This document shows positions 58,001 to 64,000 of a DNA stretch of 64,000 nucleotides, one piece after another. Made by a program: the position numbers and the translations under genes. Numbering within the stretch: the first letter of the stretch is position 1; each line of letters starts with the position of its first letter. The DNA is from Antedon mediterranea (lineage: Eukaryota > Animalia > Echinodermata), in NCBI RefSeq assembly GCF_964355755.1, contig NC_092673.1, positions 21,945,648 through 22,009,647 on the forward strand, in the 5' to 3' direction. The notes beneath the pieces are model-generated. The model was not told the origin of the DNA and did not search any database. It was given only the letters and a program-made list of their open reading frames with translations.

Positions 58001-61000
58001 TCCCAGGTAAGAATATTATCAACAACTCCCTGCTCCCGTTAAATAAAGTAAACTTAACCGATTTTATCACTTAACATTAATGCTAAACATGTCGGCATAA
58101 TTTAACAGTTTTATCCCAATTTTAAAACATATTTTGGGGCCAAATTTCAAAACCAAATTTTGTAACAATCTATCACCTGGTTAAATTTCTCAAATTCATA
58201 ATACATATTAGCAGTTATGATGCAAATTTACCTTATTCATATTTTCAGCTTCATATTTTACGAACTAAGCAGACTATTTTGTCTTTTGTTAGCAAAAATC
58301 ATGAAAAAATTGTTTATTTGTGGCGCAGTGCAATGTGTTGGAGGTTCGACTACCGATAATGAGATCGAGGTTCGAATCCAACTCTCACCGCATTGCTTGT
58401 ATCCTCAGGCAAGATACCTTACTTACGTTTGCCTCTCTCCACCCAGGTGTATAAATGGGAACCCGGTTTAGATCAAGACACAACTTTGCGCTGATTACTA
58501 CTGCATTATGGGAGTATGTTTCCATATGTATTTGATCAGGAAAAAATGACTGGGGTAATAATGTTCAGTGCTTACATGTTTCACAACATTAGGCGCTGTA
58601 TAAATGACATAATTAAATAATTTAACTACCGTATTAACATGAATTTTAAAAATGGTTGAAATGTTACTACTTCTACTGCATGAATGATATGCTTGTGTTA
58701 TTTTTAGTATAATGTGTTGAAATTTAAAAGATTAAAAAAAAGCTATAGAATTTTAAAATGATTTCAATACTTTGATATTTCCTACAAAATTAGTAAACCA
58801 TTGAAAACATTTTATTTACCTCATATATCTATTGTTAACATCTACATCTACACAGTCTGCAGTTAGATGAAACGTACTATGCAACTTAAACCAGCTACTG
58901 TATTTGGATTATATAAATCTACTATTACACCATCTCTATTGTGCACTATTGCCCTCAACTCTTTTCATAATACCATTTAAACACACCACTGTGGTCATCA
59001 ATTGTTCTCATTGCGTTAATGACTCCCCCAAGATTTCATCACAAACTCATTTAAACTCATTTTTCCCAAATGTCTTTATTGAATCATCAGCAATTCCTGC
59101 GGGACACATTAGCATATTTTAATGAGCAAAAAACTACATAAAAATATTATAATTCTAAGTTTTAGAGTTCAGGTGATAAAAATGGAAGAATGTTAGAAAA
59201 AACAAAGCTAAAATGAAGACGTCGGTTCGCCACTTTCCTTTAGTAAACCAAGATATTTTATGATAAACATTTTTTTTTACAGGACTCAGTTGCGTAGAAG
59301 TTTTTTAAATAGAAATTTAATAATCTACTGGCAATATCATATTCATAAATTCATTATGTATACTTCTGTGTGTTATTGATCCATACATTCAAAATACCAA
59401 CCTATTGTTATTTAATAAAAATAAAAGTATAGCACGATCAATTTTAATAGAGTAGACACTTTGTCTGGCAAAGCGAGATTCAATTTCCGAAACAGTAGCA
59501 ATTAAAAACTATACTACAATATAAAAAAAGGCAAAATATAATCACGTTCAAAATCCAAATCCATAACCATAAAAAGAAAATGATATGGTTATAGATAAAT
59601 ATAACCTCTAAAGGGATATTGCAAGGCTGAAAACAGGTCAAAAACATTCAATTTAAAATGATATATTAAAACTGCATACGAATCGATTGGTTGAAGTCCA
59701 GGCCGGCCATTTATTACAAAGTAAAAGGCTGATATTTGAGGGTTTTCACCCATAATGTACCAGTTACCAACAACCCAAGCTCATAAAATAGGCCTAAATA
59801 GTACTTTTTGTGATGTTTCTAAAAATCCTTTTCTTTAGACTATTTATTTTCATGTCTTTAATGTTTAAATGCTATTTCAAATTGAGATATAGCCACTGTT
59901 AGTGTTCCAGCATCATTGTTATTTTGTATCTATTGAAAGAGCTACACCTCATAATATATTAGATCTGTTAATTTGATTCAGTAGTATAGTTACTATTAAT
60001 GTAAATACTTCACATAAATGAATTTGTTTATAAATCACAAGCGGCAAGATAAATTCTCAAGCAAATATAATCGTGCACACCAAATCAGCCTGTCTGTTAT
60101 ACTACAAAATACTGTATGTATAGAAAGCTTTAGCACTTTGAAAAATAGTCGCATAAAAATTGTTTTAAGAATCCTCTTCTATCAATGTTAAAAGCAGAGT
60201 AGATTTTAACACCCCATCAATATCTTTAAAACCATAAATCATACACATTCTTAATTCCACTCATTAAAATGAAAAGATGTTGACATTTGCAAAATTGAAA
60301 AGCATTGCAGATATTAAAAAACAAGATGATACTAATGTTTCAAAACTTTTAAGAATTGGAAAATATAAACGAGCTAATATATAACACAGCAGACAATATA
60401 TTTTGCACAATTTAAATACATATACTTTCAGTGATAATATCATAATACACCAAGTGCAATATAAGGAGAATAAGAAACACGAAAATGATTTAAATTGCTT
60501 TTCAATAATTGCGTATAATAATTGTAAATACATGCTATAAAACAATTCATATATGTACACAGGTATATACAAAAATATAGTGTTAGTTTAAACATCCTGA
60601 GCAAATATATACAGTACACAATTGAATGGCGATAGTTATATTACTATACGCCTTTATGGTGTATTTAAATAACATATAATGTGCAAATACGACAAGGCCA
60701 TTAAATAGTGCGCATTATTGCACTTTTCAAAATGTGATTAGCAGGATGGTAGATGCAGTGTAATTCCTGGTTCTTTTATCCAGTTGAAATCTATGGGGTC
60801 AAAGGTTAGCCGAAGACGTGCATGAAAGAATTGAAAAATATCGGTGATGAAATGGAAGCGAAAGTAAATGAAAGAAATCATGATATAGAATGATGATAAA
60901 ACCTAGAATGAAATAAAATAATTTAAAAATGGATTTTGTGGGTTAGGCTACACAGAAAAGGACAACTAATCAATTTAAATGCACCAATATCATCTCAACT

Positions 61001-64000
61001 CATAACAAATTCTTCCTCTTCAAATCATAATATATTGTTTTTATAAATCAATGAAAATTGCATTTTATCTTATCAGTAATTTGGAAATATACTTTTTATT
61101 CTGACTGTTGAATAGAAAAATTAAATTCTCCAAAATTTTTCTTGGAAAGAGTATTGAGTACATTAAGTAAAGTATGTTTATGAGAGGATAAACTGCATTT
61201 AAATCAATATTACATTTTAGGTGCTTTTAAAAACTATTTCTCTACCATCTCTTTTCATCATAAGACAAACAAGAAAATATTTGGAATTTCCATATTTACT
61301 GTAACAGCAAGGGTCTTCTAGTATATTTATTTTTTAATTTCATTTTTGTTTTTGTTTTATGAAAGATAGATAGTAGAAAAAAAAAACAAACAAAAAACCC
61401 AACAATATACATAACATATAAAACAGTTTTTTCATTAACACAAAGCTGATGAAAAAAATGAAAATTGTATTTATTAGTAGAATTATTCAAAATTTGGGTG
61501 AAAAAGTCTGAAAGTAAAAGGTCAATTGTCACCTATCATGGACTCTGAGGCAATGGCTGATGTTGATTCAACTGTTGTCATGGATACAGCTCCTTTGTAC
61601 TCTTCTGTGATACACAACAATTGAGCCAGAAAAAAAAAGTCATGCAGAAAAAAATGATGAGAAAAGAAAAAAGATTAGTTGACCAAATTATTACGATTCT
61701 CTCACAAAATGTCACAATGTTGTTTAGTAAAATGTTTACAAAGTAATACAATTAACTCTCCTAATACAAAACACTTTGGGCTGGCCTAATATATCTGATT
61801 CCAGAAATTCTAGTATCTTGTGTATTTTAATTGTAACCTAGAAAAATGTTTAGTTTTGAAAAAGTTTCAAGATTTCAGACAGTCTGGTATTAGGAGAGTA
61901 GACTGTACAAATTCTAATGTGGTAATGAACAAGGGGCAAGGCATAGTGGTAGATAGAACCACATCGAGAAACACTTTTCAGGTTTTATTAATTTAATTCA
62001 TACACTAAAAGGGTATAATTTTATTTTTAGGAAGATATGCATGATAAATGATAGCTGTATCTAATTCCACGTTGGGAAAGAGAACCGTGACGATGAGTCA
62101 ATACACCGACATCTCTATTAATTCCACGTTGGGAAAGAGAACCGTGACGATGAGTCAATACACCGACATCTCTATCAATATTTTGCTCACATTTTAATTG
62201 CATTTGAAAATTGCCTTTGTTGACTTTTCCCGATAGAACAGTCAAAAAGTTCTTTGCTTCCCTGCGTGATGATAAAACCATTAATATGTGTAACAATAGA
62301 CGATTTTGATATGACTCGTAACAAGCCTCAGGGTTTGCGTCGATTAAATATTCATCAGAAAATACAAACCGAAATTGAACACTCACCTGACAAAAATGAT
62401 ACCTCGTCAAGAAGCAGCCATCTGTTGCCATGGAAGAATGTACACTTAAGAAACCGTCCAATCCTGTGCTGTAATTTTACGGTGATCCACCGGGTATCCA
62501 AATGCTCAAAATCAACCGGGATATTCTCCACTATATCGCGTGTGTAGTAATAACCTTCGTCGACTCCAAAATGGATTCGTATGTGGCTGGGGATACTTAC
62601 TCCCTCTGAGAAAAAGTTGTTGAAATGAAATTGCACTTCTGAGAAATTTCTGATCGTTTCAAACTGGAATATTACTATTGGGTTCGGGTTTGTGCTGTTT
62701 TCCCAGCCGACCCATTCAAAGGCAGCAGGGAAGTTAGAGGGGCTGAGTCTGAAGTCATTGGCACCGGTCATACTGTCAATCAACAGGCCAAGTCCATTAC
62801 GCAGATACCCATTGGTTTTCGTACCATCGTAAGATTTATCTTCTAGGTTGTATTCACCATGATGATCACCTTGATTCATATCATATGATATCAATTTATC
62901 TGTAAATAAAAATAATATTCATTTCCATTACTCCTTTAAATAAACACTTATTGTCACAAAAAGTTTGATAGTGTAGACAGAGCTTTAGTTCGCTCCTTGA
63001 TCGAGTCCAGATATAATAAGCATCAATGACCCCATTTACACTTACGATTTAGGCCGGCCCTGGGTCGGCAATTGATAAGTGTAAATATTCCAAAAAGTTA
63101 GGCCGGCCCTGGGCCGGACGCAGATCTGGGCCACCTCTCCAGGTAGGTTCAGGAGCGGCTTTTACGTTTGGGCTGGCTTACGCAGTGAACTGTGAACAAC
63201 GTTTGACCTTTTTATGAGGTTGTTGTTATGACGATCCGACATTTTCAGTACATACCTTCCTCCTTTTCGGGCGACAATTTGTTTTCTTCATCATTTATAT
63301 AGTTAAATTTATTTTCAGACATCTTCTTTCAATAAAGTATTCCTCCGCTTGTTTCGCATATACATAGAATACAGCCATATTATATATAAAACAGTGGAGT
63401 TCATTTTGTTTTTAATGGGACAAAAAAACAACAATACAGGATAAATATATAAACGGTCGGTTCGCGCGGAGAGTTGAATTGACGATCGAGAGAGAAAAAT
63501 GTAAACAAACTGTACTTCGTATTCCAGCATGCAATGGTACTTCCGATAAAATTATTTACGACCAGTAATCTGCGTCGCTAGTGTAAACGCTCTGGGGCCG
63601 GCCTAAAAGGTAAATATTTGCAACCGGCCCAGGACCGGCCCTGGACCCAAACGTAAGTGTAAATGGGGTCAATGATTTGCATGCAATTGGTCATGGTTCA
63701 CTGCATGAGCTGGCCCAAACTCAAAAGCCTCTTCTGAATCTACGTGTTGAGGTGGCTCAGATTTATTCAATTTATATTATTATTATTTGTTTAGTAACAA
63801 TTTTAATTTATCAAATGTTTAATTTTTAACATTTTTAAGTTTAAATTATTAGTAAAATTAAATAGAAATAATTACAACAATTTAAAACCTAATTAGACTT
63901 ACCTTCAAATGAGCACCCATAAAACTCAACCCTCATGCATACTTGTCTTTCAATCTCTGCGACAGGCACAACTCGAAGTTGGGAGGTCAAAATCGGTGGA
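37010..64000 (-). CDS. DDR2: Discoidin domain receptor tyrosine kinase (DDR1/DDR2 co-orthologue), 3' part. Exons 64000-63903 (partial), 62899-62387, 61604-61533, 54235-54125, 50239-49907, 48140-47917, 46193-46063, 40635-40441, 37741-37507, 37333-37010
   Basis: End of the discoidin domain ([14 protein letters not shown]); DS-like domain ([33 protein letters not shown]); TM helix [23 protein letters not shown]; juxtamembrane [17 protein letters not shown]; kinase [74 protein letters not shown]. The two small stalk exons are less certain. DDR1 versus DDR2 cannot be resolved (probably pre-duplication). Confidence 0.93.
38595..38815. repeat. Degenerate tandem duplication, unit about 95 bp
   Basis: TGGCAGTTCTTTTCTTTAATCTTGCAATTATT at about 38602 and 38699; third partial copy at about 38801. 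Confidence 0.7.
42495..42839. mobile_element. AGCTCTGTCTACAC-family MITE with an internal duplication of about 135 bp
   Basis: Both TIRs present; the block AAATGTGATATGCCCAAATATGG...GGCCTCTTTGTCAGACTT...CACATCACAT occurs twice. Confidence 0.85.
43463..43559 (-). mobile_element. Helentron-associated (HINE/DINE-1-like) short element; second copy at 53904-54002
   Basis: AACAAGGCCATATACATGGCTG.AGTCGCGTG ... AGTCGCGT-loop-ACGCGACTAAAAA: subterminal repeat plus palindrome, A/T-run flanks, no TSD. Two homologous copies; the classification is inference. Confidence 0.6.
43733..44065. mobile_element. Kolobok-like MITE, opposite orientation to the 26800 copy; degenerate copies near 5690-5840, 45178-45448, 46645-46740
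   Basis: TTAA|AGATGTATTGTCCCCC ... GGGGATAATACATCT|TTAA. Confidence 0.85.
49321..49586. mobile_element. Near-perfect inverted repeat (arms about 94 bp) of Penelope-like terminal repeats; each arm holds a hammerhead-like motif
   Basis: Arms 49321-49414 and 49493-49586 are reverse complements with about 2 mismatches; motif GATC-TTGAAAA-T-GGT..ACC-GAAA-CGT(C/T)-GATC. Confidence 0.75.
55286..55322 (+). ncRNA. Minimal type-I hammerhead ribozyme motif within a Penelope-like fragment (about 55262-55460)
   Basis: GCA-CTGATGA-A-GGGC-tagtgtt-GCCC-GAAA-GC-TC-TGC: stem I GCA/TGC, intact core, stem II GGGC/GCCC, palindromic AGCT stem III, CUC triplet. Confidence 0.7.
56565..57015. repeat. 17-bp minisatellite AACTGCAATCCCTGTTT, more than 20 degenerate copies
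   Basis: Directly visible; units become more homogeneous towards the right end. Confidence 0.9.
58319..58610 (+). mobile_element. Full-length tRNA-derived SINE (Meta-SINE-like central domain, L2-like tail)
   Basis: A box TGGCGCAGTG, B box GGTTCGAATCC, GTATCCTCAGGCAAGATAC..CTCTCTCCACCCAGGTGTATAAATGGG, tail GGCGCTGTATAAAT. Confidence 0.85.
62063..62175. repeat. Exact tandem duplication of about 57 bp
   Basis: AATTCCACGTTGGGAAAGAGAACCGTGACGATGAGTCAATACACCGACATCTCTAT x2. Confidence 0.92.
63028..63670. mobile_element. PIF/Harbinger-like MITE, 643 bp
   Basis: 19-bp perfect TIR GACCCCATTTACACTTACG; AAT TSD at 63025-63027 and 63671-63673; GGCCGGCCC subterminal repeats. Confidence 0.88.

Noticed and set aside
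58319-58395. tRNA gene
   Set aside because: A and B boxes are present but there is no cloverleaf, and it continues into a SINE body with a second copy at 28470-28752.

Overview
This is AT-rich, intron-containing animal genomic DNA, not prokaryotic. The repeat content and gene models suggest an invertebrate deuterostome, possibly an echinoderm, but that is inference. Five protein-coding genes were reconstructed by hand from GT-AG boundaries and frame continuity: CRYZ (5' part, minus strand), U2AF2 (complete, minus, only one intron), GNL1 (complete, minus, 11 coding exons), ATAT1 (complete, plus, 8 coding exons, head-to-head with GNL1) and a discoidin domain receptor kinase (DDR1/2-like, 3' part, minus). 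Most short ORFs in the supplied track are single exons or repeat artefacts. Introns hold many non-autonomous elements: PIF/Harbinger-, hAT-, Kolobok- and Tc1-like MITEs, tRNA-derived SINEs, Helentron-like HINEs, Penelope-like fragments and minisatellites. Main points of interest: (1) GNL1-ATAT1-DDR are adjacent, in the same order as their orthologues in the human MHC class I region (proto-MHC microsynteny); (2) U2AF2 has only a 5'-most intron, which contains a structured element; (3) minimal hammerhead-ribozyme motifs of the Penelope type lie in DDR introns, including an inverted pair with a U3-A8 compensatory core. No database search or folding program was run.
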